This document shows, piece by piece, positions 1-15,012 of a stretch of DNA of 64,000 nucleotides (position 1 is its first letter; the number at the start of each line of letters is the position of its first letter). Source of the stretch: Octopus vulgaris. Lineage: Eukaryota. A model generated the notes under the pieces. That model saw only the letters and a list, made by a program, of their open reading frames with translations. It was not told where the DNA came from and did not search any database. The DNA is taken from contig OX597821.1 in the NCBI GenBank assembly GCA_951406725.2, positions 106,516,001-106,580,000 on the forward strand, read 5' to 3'. The position numbers and the translations under genes were made by a program.

Positions 1-65
1 ACAAGTCACAGCACATATGCAAGGTATCATTATTATTATTAATATTATTATTGTTGTTGTTGTTG

Positions 66-135
<70 letters not shown>

Positions 136-153
136 ATTCTATTTCACATCCAG

Positions 154-222
154 GTACACAGCATTACACAAAGTATCCAATTTATGCAATTCCAGGACGT
201 AAAGCAGGAAGTTGTTGCTAAG
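154..222 (+). CDS. GRL gene 1, short internal exon (VHSITQSIQFMQFQDVKQEVVAK); long N-terminal exon lies upstream of the window
   Basis: Acceptor ...cacatccag| at 151-153, donor AAG|gtaagc at 223; 69 nt, phase 0/0; same length and similar sequence as exon 33507-33575. Confidence 0.8.
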
Positions 223-289
223 GTAAGCAATATATATTGCTCACCGTCTCTGTATCTATTTATACCCTTCTTTCTCCCTCCCCTCTCTT

Positions 290-368
<79 letters not shown>

Positions 369-639
369 ATTTATGTGTATATACACATATTTATATAGCT
401 ACATATGCATCCAAGCCGACACACACACACATATATATATATAATGTACATATGTACATATTATTCTTTATCAAGATGCTATTGCCTCTAGCTTTGAAGT
501 TTCGACCAGCTCAGAAATCATTGGGCTCTGGTAGATTCGTGTTCATCTTGGTTTTATATTGTCCATGTGTAAGTTAAAAGTTTCGAGAGCAAGCTGAGAT
601 CTGAATAATGAAAATTAAGTTGTATCGTATCATTATTAA

Positions 640-1400
640 AACCCTATGAAAAAAACATATCTATTAGACTTTCGGCTTTATCTTTCATTGAAATAGTGCT
701 CTGCGAAATTACAACACCTTATGCATAGCCTTTAATAATAGTGGTTACAAGGAAAGAATAAAATATATAAACAGCACCACACCCACAGAACCGTAAGAAG
801 AATAAAATGATAATTATCTATCTTGTTCAGCATACCTCCATTCCACAGGCAAGTCTTCACACAAACAGCCTTATCATTTTTCAGAATACTCCCAAACAAC
901 TTTTCCACCTAACTACAACTATCGTAAACGAATAGAGAAATACAATATAAATTGTCTGCAGCAAACAACTTCGAGAAAACTAGCCAGTTACCACTAGCAA
1001 GAACTCTCTTGAGGCGCGAACGAAAACCAAAGCCATAATAAGGATTACGACTGTAGAAACTCTGCACTTAAGGAGGAAACTGTCTCTGTATTAATACTAC
1101 TTGTGACGCAGCCGTAAGGCCTAGCATTTCACCAACTACTACATCCGCACATGTAAGATCTACAGCAAGTAAATTCAAAGCTCGATTAAACCCAACAACA
1201 TACTCTTTTTCACATCCCAAACAGAAAAAAATGGTATGTCACTATACAAACATATATGGACATTAAATTCGTGAAATAATCCCCTTGCTATTGAATAGAA
1301 AATATTGTCACACGCATGACTACGCGAAGATAACAAAAACCTTACCAATGAATCGCACTACGTTAAATTAAATTAAATTACATTCGAGCACCAAATTCTG
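640..1400 (+). mobile_element. Highly decayed Penelope-like element fragment
   Basis: Patchy similarity to the Penelope fragment at 12760-13700 (for example ttttccacctaactacaact vs ttttccagtcaactatact); no intact ORF. Confidence 0.4.
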
Positions 1401-2140
1401 AACTGAAGCGTCTCTTCTTGCATACATATGTTATTCAAAACACTAAAACATTTCTAATAGATATTTTTAACACACTTGCAGCATGTAAAAATTAGAAATT
1501 TAATTTTTTTTAAAGTGAAATTAACACTAAATGATAGCATTAACTTGACTATTGGTTTGCATGGAAATATCTTCCCTGAGTATATTCTGAGCAGCTTGAA
1601 GTGTTTCGGACTTACGGTTCGAACATGGTCAGCTCTCTTTAATATAAACCAGTGGCATTAGCATTTCAGTCCCTTTTTTCCACATCCAGGATAGCTGTGT
1701 ACTACAGAGGCATGTAGATGCATAATATTTACTACGTTAATAAATGAGATTGCTTCAAGGAAGTTATTTATGAAACAGATGTGAGCTATTGATAAATTAG
1801 TGCTCACTGATTGAAAGCTGGCGCTTTGTCACTACCCACAGGTATGTGGGTTAGAGTTTCAATGAGCAGAAATTTGCTTATTATGCGCGCATCTATGCAA
1901 CTGAACATCGCTTAAAATTTGTCCGTAAAAATGAAAATTTTATTTTGAAATTTATGCTTGTACGCATTTTTAAGCTTTCCCATTTGTAAAAGTCCCTGCG
2001 TTGGTGCAAGCACATAGCAGGATAACATCACTGATGGTTTGCCCACAGACTTCATACTTTGAGGTATGAGAAAGTTTTTAAACGTTTCTTGTTGCACAAT
2101 TTCCGCTCATGTTTTCGCTCATCTTTTTTTTATATTTTAG

Positions 2141-2230
2141 ATATTAGTTTTCCTAAATCGGCTAACGACTGAATCGCATGGAATTGATGTTGGTGGATGT
2201 TTCGTAATAACTCCCTCGTCAACACTTACG
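2141..2230 (+). CDS. GRL gene 1, penultimate exon (ILVFLNRLTTESHGIDVGGCFVITPSSTLT)
   Basis: Pyrimidine-rich tract + ttttag| acceptor, ACG|gtaatt donor; 90 nt, phase 0/0; resembles the GR pre-TM7 segment (FL..L....G+..GG.F.I) and the paralogous exon 36718-36807. Confidence 0.88.
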
Positions 2231-2450
2231 GTAATTTATCACAGCATTTAATATTCACTGCATTTGACGCTAAATAAGGTTCATTTTTATTCATAATAAT
2301 ATTTCAAAACATCACCTTTGCTCACATAGGCGAGTTTAAAGGAATTCAGGGTAAAATATTTTCTACTTTCGAAAGGGAGGAAAATATTCTTATTGAAAGA
2401 GCCGCGTCCAAAAGTGATCGGAATAGGTAACATCTGCAATTCATACATAC

Positions 2451-2612
2451 AAGCGCAGGAATGGCTGTGTAGTAGGAAGCATGCTTACCAACTACATGGT
2501 TCTGGGTTAAGTCCCACAGTGTGTCACCTTAGGCAAGAGTCTTCAACTTTGGCCTCGGGTGAGCAAAGCCTTGTAAGTGGATTTGGTAGAAAGAGCCTGA
2601 AAGTAGCCCATC

Positions 2613-2675
<63 letters not shown>

Positions 2676-2678
2676 ATA

Positions 2679-2726
<48 letters not shown>

Positions 2727-2975
2727 TTTTATATTTATATTTATATTTATATTTATATATGTATATATATGTATGTATGTATGTGTTCTCCCGAACGCCA
2801 ACATCACTTGACAACCGATGCTAGTGTGTTTACGCTCGTGTAACATTGCTGTTCGGCAAAATAGACCAATATAATAAGTACTAGGCTTACAAAGAACAAG
2901 TCCTGGGGTCGAGTTGCTCTACTAAAAGCGGTGCTCCAGCATGGTCACTGTCAAATGAATGAAGCAAGGAAAAGA
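2451..2975 (+). mobile_element. tRNA-derived SINE, family A (internal microsatellite)
   Basis: tRNA-like head, conserved body and tail gcggtgctccagcatgg...gaaacaagtaaaagag shared with many copies in the window. Confidence 0.8.
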
Positions 2976-3004
2976 TTAAAAGAATAAAATAATACGTATA
3001 ATCG

Positions 3005-3152
3005 AGCAGCTTTTTTTCACTTTCCGTTCACGAAATCCATTCACAACATTTTGAGTAGAAGGTAATTGCCCAAAGTGCCACGCAGTGGGACTGAACCCGG
3101 AACTATTTGGTTGGGAAACAAGCTTCTTATAACAAAGACACTCCTGCGCCTG
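3005..3152 (-). mobile_element. SINE family A, 5' half
   Basis: Reverse complement of the SINE head (gtgccacgcagtgggactgaacccgg). Confidence 0.75.
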
Positions 3153-3262
3153 TATATGTATACATACGTGCATACATGCATATACATACATATATATATA
3201 TGTGTGTGTGTGTGTGTGTATACATGTATATATATATGCATACATACACATACATATATATA

Positions 3263-3308
<46 letters not shown>

Positions 3309-3316
3309 CACAAAAA

Positions 3317-3374
<58 letters not shown>

Positions 3375-3897
3375 GAGGAGGTCATGAAAAGTTCCTACTG
3401 TTGGATAAAATAAAATGCCACAAATTCAATTAATTATCATATAATTTTATTCAAATTATTCCCCTTCCACATTCACACATACATTGCAACAGTTCTTCAG
3501 TTTTACTAAGCCCAATAAAATAACTCGAAAATATGTGCCTCCAACTCGGGTTTACCCGATATCCTTAAAGCTATAATCTTTCCAGCAATCCCACTCCCAA
3601 CCTATATACATACTATACATACACACATATATATGTTTTTGGATTATTTAATCCCTAATGAGGACCTGACATTCTCGAATTGATAATGTATATATATCGG
3701 AATAGATGCGCTAAGCAGTGTTAACGTATAATCACAATTTATGTTAGTCGAAATATGTTTGTCGCATATTTCAACTCCTAAAGGCAAATGCCGTGTTGTT
3801 ATCGTGGAGAAAAAATCTCTCTTATGATATACAGGTGTGAAAACACCTCGTTCGTTCAGTGTCGCCGTCTCTCACCGTTTTACCATAAGAGAGATTT

Positions 3898-4308
3898 TGG
3901 ATCTTTTCGGCGTGAACAGCAGTTTTTAACATAATTTTAAACTTCGTATACAGGTAGAATGTGTTTATAAAACATCTTTTTCTCTTGGCTTTATTGAGAA
4001 AATTCTATAGTTTGTAAGATATTTGTTGTTTTTTTCTTCAATTTCTGCAATTTCAACCAATCACTGACGTCTATTGAGGTAAAAACATCTTGTGCCGTAT
4101 GAATAAGTCCCTCGTTTAAGAAACAGATTCGGTTTGTTTACATTTGTGAAGAGAAAAAAGATACCCTTCTCCCCACCCCTAACCCTAAACCTAACCCTAA
4201 ACTTAAAACAGATTGAAATGCAATAGATCGATACTAGGATCATAATTATTGGTGACAATTTCATATGACACCGCTAGAAAAAAAACTGCCGTTCAAACCG
4301 AAAAGATC
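3898..4308. mobile_element. Non-autonomous TIR element (MITE) nested within an inverted-repeat element
   Basis: TIRs gatcttttcggcgtgaacagcagttttt / aaaaactgccgttcaaaccgaaaagatc; flanking DNA at about 3727-3820 and 4310-4400 is itself an inverted pair. Confidence 0.65.
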
Positions 4309-4411
4309 TGAGATTTTTTCTCCAAGGTAACTGCCGTGTATTTGCCTTTAGCAGTTGAAATATGTGACAAACATATTTCAACTAACCTAAATTGTGATTA
4401 TATATATATAT

Positions 4412-4498
<87 letters not shown>

Positions 4499-5696
4499 CA
4501 TTTATGTTTAAACTCTTGTGTTAGAATGATTTTTATAGTTCCTAACTGAATAAATATTTTGCACCATTCAGTTACAATTCTTTATTTTTTTTTAATACAA
4601 AGGCTACTCCTAGGTTTTGCATATGGCTGGTTAAAATACACGGAGGAATATTTACTTGGTAAAATATTTCCATTCGAAACGAATAAATTCCACGTTCTAT
4701 CTCATGTCTAACATAGACGCAATACTTATCAACTTACAGATACTAATTACATGATTAGATCGATCCTAGCATGTTTTATAGAAGCCTAAAAAATTTGACG
4801 ATGGTTATATCGGGAGCTTTTGAAATTAAGACCTGAACAACGGATAACTAAATACTAGGATATGCTATAATGATACTGCAAGCTTATCTTTATTCGGCTC
4901 TCTTTATCCCTTATTAAACCACATACATACATGCAAACATGGATATATGTCAGTTTCCTTCCATCAAATCCACGTACAAGGCAATCATATATGTATATTC
5001 GCGAGAAGGGGCTGGAAAGTTCCTAGTAATGGGTAAAATAAAATACAACACGTTCAGTTAATTATCATATGGTTTTAATCAAATTCTTCTTCTCCCACAT
5101 TCGCACACCTATTGCAACGGTTCTTCAGCTTTACTAAGTTGCCGGGTCTAGCGCTAGTGCTTGTTGTTCGTTGCTGGGTCATAGTAAACATTTCTCACGA
5201 AATCAAGAGCTAAGTCTCTTATCACATTTCAACCCGGGCCAGTTTCGTTGTTTTTGAGCTAGTTGGGGCTTTTATTGAGAGTAATTAATATTCGTTGGAT
5301 TTCGGTTTTCACACCTGGAATGGCATACTCATGGAAAATTAGTAAGACTGTGCACATGCCATTAGTCGAACAAAAAAAAGAAGGCAGAAGAAAGCGAAAA
5401 ACTCCAATTTGGCCACAAAATAAATTATGGGCATAAGGAGTCAATTTATCGATTTTTTAATGGCTTTCTGGGTGAGTGGGGAAATGAAAAAATCTTCACG
5501 ACCACCCTCAGACAGTTTTGAAACCCATAGAAAATGTGAGCCTTTTCGTAAAAAACTGGATTTGTATAAAGGACACACCGACACACAGATACATAGACAT
5601 TTTGCCGTTTATAGTTACAGAGATAACCTTCTATATATACTATCCTGTTAATTCTTTTAAAATAACAGTTAATTACTTTTCTCTTCTACTTTTCAG

Positions 5697-5753
5697 ATGA
5701 TGGGGAGTTTTATTACTTACATACTAGTGGTGATTCAGACAAAACCATCATAG
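5697..5753 (+). CDS. GRL gene 1, terminal exon (MMGSFITYILVVIQTKPS*)
   Basis: Strong acceptor ttttctcttctacttttcag|; encodes the TYhhhhhQ TM7 signature of the GR/OR/GRL superfamily; TAG at 5751-5753; AATAAA at 5831. Confidence 0.9.
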   Translation: MMGSFITYILVVIQTKPS

Positions 5754-7153
5754 AAGCGCTCCACCATCTATGTTTTCACGTTTCAATGGTAACTGCAGTA
5801 CGAAACTCGATTTAATAACATTATTTCACCAATAAATGCATTCGGATCACGTCCCTACAGCACTTTCTCAAGCAAGATTCTAAACAACAAAGCTTGGTGT
5901 GACAATGTAGAGAGTTCTAACTCCTTCAACCAGTGAAACACAAAGACGATTCTATAAGATTTATCAGACGCATATATGATCATTAATTTTCAGCTTATTT
6001 AGTTACAACTTCCGCTCATCTTTTCACTAAAACGGTATCAAGAAGAAGATTTTCACAATATTTTTTCTCTCCCTGTTTATTTCTTACCAACTCATCTGCA
6101 CTTGCTTAATAACATGACTTAATAACGCCGATACATTACTGAAAGTGTGCTACAAAATATATCATAAATCGGCCCTACATTTCTTTATTTGTTCATCCCT
6201 TTATTTATAAATAAACGTTAGAAATAAAATATCGTAATGATTCCATTTACTGAATCCAGTTTCTGTTTTACTAAAATCAAGGCATGTCCACGACAGGGGA
6301 TACAATTACCTCAAAGGAAATATATTTTACTTCAAAATCACGCGGATGTCTTCTATTGCAGCATGGATGACATCGGGGGAGATGGACAATCTCAGTACGT
6401 ATAGTCAATGAACTTTAATGGACAAGCAGATATCATTGTATAGATGGCTTATATATATATATGCGTGTGTATGTTTGTTGTCTACCCCTTATGCAGAGTT
6501 TGACTACCTTCTGTACCTACACCTTAGAACCACCGTGCCATCGCATGTGGCTTCTTAAACCAGACAATGTTCTGAACAACACCCACATAGAGTTAGTGGA
6601 CCACCAAGAGATGCAGTTTTGGATCACCAAGTGATGCAGTTAAGTTCTGATCTTTGTAGATTTAAAAAATGCCTTTTGAGGTCTCTGTGAGGGTGAGGGA
6701 TGCTCCAGTCACTCAACTGGCAAAAATGTGTATTACTGCAACCGACCGGTGTCCCATCCAGACGGAGAACATATATATATATATAATTGCAATTTCTATG
6801 AAAAAAACCTCGTAGATTTCAGTGGTTCACTATGACAACTGCGGCTCTGCTTTGGTACCACCTTGAATTTTTTATTCGAATCAATCGACCAATGTGATCG
6901 GGAAGTCGAAACGTCGGGAAGCAAGCCTCTCACCTCACAGCCACGCCTGCGCATATACATACACATACATGCATTTCGTGTGTATGTATGTATGTATGTA
7001 TGTATGTATGTATGTATGTATGTATATATGCATATGCGCAGGCGTGACTGTAGTGAGAAACTTGCTTCCCGATTTCGGCTGATTTATTCAAATAAAATCT
7101 CCTTGAAAGCAGTACTGCAGCAGAGCCGCAGACGAATGAATGAAACAAGTAAA

Positions 7154-7248
<95 letters not shown>

Positions 7249-7399
7249 AATGGACTCTCCTGTTGAATACAATGTATGAGTGTTCGCCTGTCACCGGATG
7301 ACCAGTACAACTGATAAAAACGTAACAAACACCATACATAACAGATAGGAAATTAGTAGCTTATTCTTTATCAGTGGACGTCACGACGTCAACAATATT

Positions 7400-8400
7400 C
7401 CCACACACAACATCCACATTCAACAACAATTAAAAGGCTAGAGCTGGAAAAACTTCATCTGCAGACCGACATGAAAACCTCCATTGAAAATCAAAGAGCT
7501 GTGGAGGAACAGTGGGTAATCAAAAACATCAAACTGAACCCAAAAGTGTTCTATTCTTATGCAAATAAGCATAGAACCACTGTCTCACCCATTGGGCCAT
7601 TGATTGATGATAACGGCATTCCCCAACACGATGCTAGAGAAATGGCAGAAATACTGCAGAAACAATTTTGCTCTGTCTTTAGTGATCCCACTGATATTGA
7701 CGTAAGAGAAGCGAACGAAGTTGATTCCCCACATAAAATCTCAGACATAACCTTCACTACATTTGACATCATAGCACCAATAAATGAGGTCAAATACTAT
7801 TCTGCTGTAGGCCCTGATAGATTCCCCGCTAGTCTCCTGAAGGAATGTAGACACCAACTTGCAGTCCCTCTGACCAACCTCTGGAGAAATTCGTTAGATG
7901 CAGGTTATATACCGAAACAGTTTCTATCCTAGTCGGTCATCCCGGTTTTCAAACAGGGAAACAGATCCCTCGCACTCAACTATCGCCCAATCTCACTCAC
8001 CTTCCACATCAAGGATAGCTGACTTCCTGGAGACCTACAAACTCCTAAATGCAAATCAGCATGGCTTTCGCTGTGGCAGGGATTGTCTAACACAGCTCTT
8101 ACACCACATTGAAGATGTACTCAAAGCCTTGGGAACAGGTTCGAACTCTGACGTCATATATCTTGACTTCAGTAAAGCGTTCGACAGGGTAGACCATAAT
8201 ATCCTACTCTCAAAATTGGCAAATGTTGGAATCCGTGGAAAAGTTCTACACTGGATTAAGTATTTCCTGGCGAATAGAACACAGCATGTTCTAGTTGATG
8301 GAGTCCACGCAAGCCCAGCAAATGTCACCAGCGGTGTTCCACAGGGGACTGTCTTGGGTCCGCTACTCTTCATAAATTACATAAACGACCTTTGCATGTG
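7400..8400 (+). mobile_element. CR1/L2-like LINE ORF2 fragment (reverse transcriptase), disrupted
   Basis: ORFs 7471-7932 and 7898-8416: GPDRFP, QHGFR, YLDFSKAFDRVDH, SGVPQGTVLGPLLF. Confidence 0.9.
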
Positions 8401-8642
8401 TAGTTTAGGAAATTAGTAAGTTGTCACAATAGTTCTCGGAGTTTCAAATGCAGGAGCTAATATAGCTATGATCCATTCTCATCGGCTATTAATGGAAACA
8501 GACGCTACGAAAAACCGTTGAATAAAAGTTACTCTAAAAGGCAGAAAAAATTATAAAAGGTAAAAATACAGGCAACCATATTCTCACAATATTCTCCTGC
8601 ATTCATAATGTCCACATCAAGGTCTTATTCTTTTTGTGTCAC

Positions 8643-8700
<58 letters not shown>

Positions 8701-9824
8701 TACATACATATACGAATGCGATACAGTTTGTCCATTACAATTCCTCATTACTCAATGTATTCACTTTTTAAATGTATGTAGCTGGGTAAATTTAACCTGA
8801 AAATGTCACCAGATGAAGCTACTTTTAAACTGAAAGGTTTTCGCAGCTAAAATTTATTCAAACAAAATGTGTATTGCTAGGGAATATAGGATTAATGTGG
8901 ATTTGGCGAGTGATTGACAGAAAAGTCAAGTATCTCAAATATGTCTGTGTGCGTATGAGAGACAGAGAGATTGAGAAAGAGAGATTGAGAGAGAGATTGA
9001 GAGAAAGAGAGAGACCAAATAAGAATTGTGATGGAAGAACTAGAGTCTATTACAGAACTGAATTGTGATAAAATGGAAATATTTTGATAAATGAAATACG
9101 AAAATATATTCAAATATTGACTGAACGGGGATACATTTTAAGCGCAGGTGTATGTTAAATCAAATATTAAAGCAAATATTTCTATAAAACTCCAATTGTA
9201 TTTCTCCCTTTTCATTTCGCTTTTTTTTTTTTTTTTTTGATGCATAAAATCGTTTCTGAATTTGCGACAGAATACAAAACTTCTACGAAAATGACTTGGT
9301 AGATCTGGAAGGAAGCTATGTATCTCATACTCATTCTTGTTCTTCAGTAGTAACTATGTTTAATACTAGCGAAAATACGTCTGGTGAAGCGAGACGAGTG
9401 AGCGTTCAAGGGGGAGAACTCTTCGAAACCTAATTATGGGACTTATGTCGAAAAAACTTTTGTTATTAATTGTTGAAATTTAAAGAAATGAAATAAAATA
9501 TATTAGAGTAATAAAAAGAAAAAATTCGAATTAAAATTATAAAATTGAAATTCAAAAGCATTATCAATTTAACATTTTTGAAAATTAAATTTGAATAAAG
9601 GATAAGGATAATGTAAAATTATAAACTGGTGAAAATGAAAAAAGATTTTTTATAAAATTTAAGGGTTAAAGTTTGAAATTTAGACATTTAAAATTTTAGT
9701 GTTTTTATAACCAGAGCACTTCAATATAAAAATAGAAATGAGAAGAAAATGAAAATAAATGTAAAAGTTCAGTTTAGATTTTAAATTTTATAACTAAAAG
9801 CGAAAAATTTCAAAATAGAATATT

Positions 9825-10260
9825 AGTGGCTGTGTGGTACGTAGCTTGTTTACCAACCACATGGTTCCGGGTTCAGTCCCACTGCGTGGCACCTTGGGCA
9901 AGTGTCTTCTACTATAGCCTCGGGCTGACCAAAGCCTTGAGAGTGGATTTGGTAGACGGAAACTGAAAGAAGCCCGTCGTATATATGTATATATATATAT
10001 ACATATATATATATATGTATATATATATATACATATATATGTATGTGTGTGTGTGTCTGTGTTTGTCCCCTCCCAACATCGCTTGACAACCGACACTGGT
10101 GTGTTTATATCCTCGTTACTTAGTGGTTCGGCAAAGAGACCGATAGAATAAGTACTGGGCTTACAAAGAATAAGACCCGGGGTCGTGTTGCTCGAGTAAA
10201 GGCGGTGCTCCAGCATGGCCGCAGTCAAATGACTCAAACAAGTAAAAGAGTAAAAGAGTA
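9825..10260 (+). mobile_element. SINE family A, near full length
   Basis: Pol III-like head (tggctgtgtgg; gggttcagtccc), internal (TA)/(TG) tract, tail gtaaaagagtaaaagagt. Confidence 0.85.
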
Positions 10261-11282
10261 AACAAAAATTAAGCATACAGAGATTAAAATTTAAAAGTAG
10301 AAACTGAAGATGCTATAGAATAACAAATGAAAAATCCGAGGGCGTCCTTCTAATTACTGACTGAAAAGTATCGCGAAAGGCTTGGTTGGAGATGCAGACT
10401 TCTAAATTCTTTTACATGACTCAGAAAAACTGAAAGATCACCGCAATAAGTGTGTGCATCTGAGAGAAAATATGCTGAATAAAATCATAATTATTCGATC
10501 CTCTTGTATTTTCTTTTACCCAAAGATAGGAACATTTCAGCAGCCCCTTGTTTTGGTAGGTAGGTAGGTAGTTGGTAGATAGGTCGGTAGGTAAGTAGGT
10601 ATTAAGTAGATAGGTACGTATGTACATATGTAGGTACGCAGGTAGGTAGGCAGGCAGGTAGGTAGGTAGGTAGATGGGTAGATAATTAGAGAGAGAAAGA
10701 TAAGAGGAAGATAGAAAAAGAGAGAGAGTATAGCGCGTGTATGTTGTATGTATCCTACGTCCGTATGGCATCGCTATATTGGGATACATTTTAATATTAC
10801 ATTGTTCTGTTCACATTACGGTTAATAACTGATGTGGTCTATTTCATCCATACGTACAGACAGGCAGACAGATAGACAGACAGACGGACAAACAGACGGA
10901 TGGAGAAGAAGACAGATAGACAGTATTTGTTGTCAACTGGTGTTAAACATCGGCAAATACATTACCACATTGAAAGTGGTACTGGCGACATTTGAAAGAG
11001 CCAACCATCGGCTGTGGCTTGAAAACAATAATGAAACCTATGAGGAAGTGATGATCCGGAAATGGATTTCAGGTCGAATACTAGTCAATCGTAAGAGTAG
11101 CTTGGACGTCAGATCAGTGATGAGGGCTACAACGATGTAAAGCCTTTGCGCGTAGGAACCCTAGAGGATATGCATCCTCTTCCGATGACCCAGGCAACAT
11201 ACTGGCTTCCGATATGCGAAATGTTTGATTAATGAAGTTGCACCAGCTGATTGATTCCAAGTCTCTCTCTATATGTGTGCGT

Positions 11283-11586
11283 GTTGTTGTTATTTGTTCC
11301 TTCTCCATCCACGCTTGGCTCATAGGGCCGGTTTCCCGGTTCCCTTGGTGTATAGGTTCCTCTTCCTGGACGGGACGCCCGTCCATCGCAGGTGAGCTGC
11401 AAGATGCAGGAGGAAAGAGTGACAGAAAGTTGTGGCGAATGAGTCAGCAGAAGTTCGCCATTACCTTCCGCCGGAGCCGCGTGGATCTTAGGTCTCTCGC
11501 TCATAAACGCACACATCGCCCGGTCTGAGATTCGAACCCGCGATCCTAGTGGTAAGTGCTCTAACCACTAGCCCATGTGCCTCTAC
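11283..11586 (-). mobile_element. tRNA-derived SINE, family B
   Basis: Minus-strand tRNA-like head (ggttcgaatctcag B-box); homologous to 45447-45756 and 58861-58953. Confidence 0.8.
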
Positions 11587-12759
11587 ATGGGTGCGTGTAT
11601 ATGTGTAAAAATATAAATGCATACATATATTTACATTTATACATTTGCTATGTTGGACCAATGAACTCAACACGTGCCTTGTCGCTCTCTCTCTCTCTAT
11701 TCCTGATTCCTTTCTGTCGAAGAGCATAGGTTCGAAACGTAAAATACTTTTCCATTTTTCCCGAGCGTCAAACTAATACACTTGCTTGTTGTTCCTATGC
11801 ATGTCTTCGTCTTTGTTTCTTTATAAATTTGAACTATATTTATCCATACATGCAATTCTGCATTCGTACTCCCTGCTTTATCATTTCATGCAGAAACCAT
11901 ACTGTATCAATCACGAATGTTTCAGGAATTGCTACAAATCAAAATTTAGACATGATCAACTTACCTGACAGGTGATTAAGCTGCTGTAAACGTTATAAAT
12001 TATCAAACAATAGACTGAGTCTATTAAATATATAGACTTGATCAACGTATCGGCGAATACTTACGTGTCAACGAATAATTTTACAACCTTGATATAGTGC
12101 TCGGTAAACAAACCATTAAACATAATTTACAAAATTAAATGAATCAGTATACGTAACTTCTTTGAATGACATAAACGTTGTAAAATCTATGTTTTTATTT
12201 AGTGCCTCCCACTATCTGTTTCTTTGTATGGCATGCGAATATATACAAATGTATGGCAAGTGTACGGTAGCTACAATATAAGAAAAATACAAAATAAGGC
12301 AAACTTAAGTACAAACAATATTTGAACAGGGTTTTACTGATACTGGATTTCCTGGTATACAACTTTCTTGTAACAAAGTTTGAATACAAAATACATTCAA
12401 CATGTTTATTATGACTGACACACGCAGGCGAAAAGTACCGAATGAGGAAATAAAAATTGTTGGATATACTGCAACACTTTCACCCATAGATATACAATTA
12501 CTTCACATCATTATATGTCTCAGATTAATGTAAATAAAACAACTAAATATATTTAAATTATCGTACAATATCTTTGCCGGCTCTATATACTAGAAGCAGC
12601 AGAAAATTGTTCACACTGGTACAAAACCACGTTCGCAGTAACAAGAAATAACGAAAGAAGAACGCAAAAGGGGAACCTACCCCTTTTTTCTGAAAACAAA
12701 CAATCTCGATCCCAGATACAAACCGGAAACTTTCGGTCCTAGCATAACTACAGACACCA

Positions 12760-14590
12760 ACCTGACGGTTGTCAATTTCCTATTTCTATCCTGAGGTCTA
12801 AATAAGAATAAACCTCAAGTTATCCTCAAATGCATAATGTCCTTCCTAAGGAAACCCAACGATAGATTTAGTTATATTAATGCGGGTTCCTGCCATCCCC
12901 CATAGTATTTAAATATTTAGTTAAAAACATTAGCAAAAGAATTTCTAGTCCCTCCTCCGATAGGGACATTTTTAATAGCGTTGCACCAGTATATAATAAG
13001 GCTCAAACAATTTAGCGAGGAAATAACCTATGTACCTGCCACCAGTCCAATAATAAAGAAAAGGAAACAAAGGAATAGAAAAACTATCTTGTTCACATCC
13101 CCTACTCACCCGAAGTGACCTTTAATATAGGCAAGTATTTCTTAGTACTGATAGATAGACATTTTCCAGTCAACTATACTTAGAAAAAGCTCTTCAATAT
13201 ACATAACTTACATCTCAACAACTAATTTAAAAAATATAATCGCACACAACACACAAAAACCACAATATAAAACCAGCTGTTCATGCAGGGATAAAAATCC
13301 GTGCCCGCTAAATGGAGCTTGCATGTCCGATACCATCATTTATGAAACCACCGTGGACTCTATATCCAATAAGGACACGGTTTCGACGAAGAAATACGTG
13401 GGTCTTACAGAGGGTATTTTCAAAACCAGGTTAAATAATCACACCTTGAGCTTCAGGCACTGGGATAAAAGGAAAACCACCGAATTATCCAGTCATATAT
13501 GGTCCTTAAAAGATAAAGGTGTCAGTTACAACATCCATTGGAAGAAGTGTAAGCCCTGCACCAACGGCAGTGGAAAGTGCGGTCTATGTGATATGGAAAG
13601 ATGGGTGGTCTGAAAAAGGAGCTTAGACCCCACCACATGTCTAAATTCTAGAACTGAACTTTTCGGTTCATGTCCATATATGGCTAAATATTTGTTACGT
13701 TTTTGGTCCCCCCGAGATTACAGATAGGACTTCCTTTCTATATTGTGTCCACATACAAGCTTTTTATCTCTCTATACTTTTTAATTATATTTCGTAAGTA
13801 AATTTTATATATTTTTTCACATATTTATAGAGATATTGCTCATATATTTTTTACACACAATCTTTCTACCTTCCACCCTGCATTTTTCTTGTGCGTATAT
13901 AGACGTGTATATGGAATTTTTGTGCGCGCGTGTGGATGTGTGCGTTGTGCGGGCATATGCGTATACAAACGGGTATGTGTGCGTTGTGCGGGCATGTGCG
14001 TATACAAACGGGTATGTGTGCGTGCATGCGAGTATGTGTTTATATATATACGTGTTTTAGTCTTAATGTTTATTTTTTAGAATTTTTACGCATTTTTCTG
14101 TATTTTGCCGTTAGCCCTATTTTTCGTGTGTATGTGCGTTTATAGATGTGTATATCAACATGTTTTGTGCGTGTGTGTGCGAGCGTGTATGCGTGCATGT
14201 ATATATTTTTTGGCGAATGTGTGGGTGAGCGTGTGTCTGTTTCAAGTGAGGGTAGATGAGTATATTCATATAGGCGCATGTACATGAGTGTGCGCATGTG
14301 CATGTATCGACATTCGCGCTTACGCAATTACTATGAACAATTTTACTCCCTTAAATTTACTTCCACCCCATCCTTAGCGGTCATTCTAATAGTTATTTTG
14401 TCTTAATAACGGTCAATCACACAGTAATTTCCCTTTGTTTTAACGGTAATTTTTATAGCATGTTTTCGCTGGCCCGGTAACTGAAGAGATGCCGGCGAGG
14501 GTTTCTGCCCTGACATCCGAAACTATGTACGGATAAATTCCTCTATTTACATAATATCCAGGACCCTTTCATCCTTTTGTTCTCTTGCTA
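12760..14590 (+). mobile_element. Penelope-like element, 3' part (GIY-YIG endonuclease and terminal region)
   Basis: ORF 13323-13613: IIY...KYVGLTEGIFKTRLNNH..SF...TELSSHIWSLK...CGLC; hammerhead-like motif at 14481-14530. Confidence 0.8.
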
Positions 14591-14599
14591 TATATATAT

Positions 14600-14808
14600 A
14601 AACACTCTTTCACTTGTTTCAGTCATTTAACTGCGGCCATGCTAGAGCACCGGCTTTTTTAGTCGAGCAAATCGACCACAGAACTTATTCTTTATAAGCC
14701 TAGTACTTATTCTATCGGTCTCTTTTACCGAACCGCTAGTTTACCGGGACGTAAACACACCAGCATCGATTGACAAGTGATGTTGAAGGGACAAACATAC
14801 ATACATCA

Positions 14809-14845
<37 letters not shown>

Positions 14846-15012
14846 TACATATATACGGGCTTCTTTCAGTTTCCGTCTACCAAATCCACTCACAAGGGTT
14901 TGGTCGGCCCGAGGCTATGGCAGAGGACACTTGCCCAAGTTGCCAAACAGTGGGACTGAACCCGGAACCATGTGGTTGGTAGGCAAGCTACTTACCACAC
15001 AGCCACTCCTAT
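14600..15012 (-). mobile_element. SINE family A
   Basis: Reverse complement of the full SINE A sequence. Confidence 0.85.

Noticed and set aside
4177-4200. Telomere-like (CCCTAA)n, also at about 44905-44922
   Set aside because: Only three or four imperfect units, the first set inside a MITE; not an interstitial telomere.
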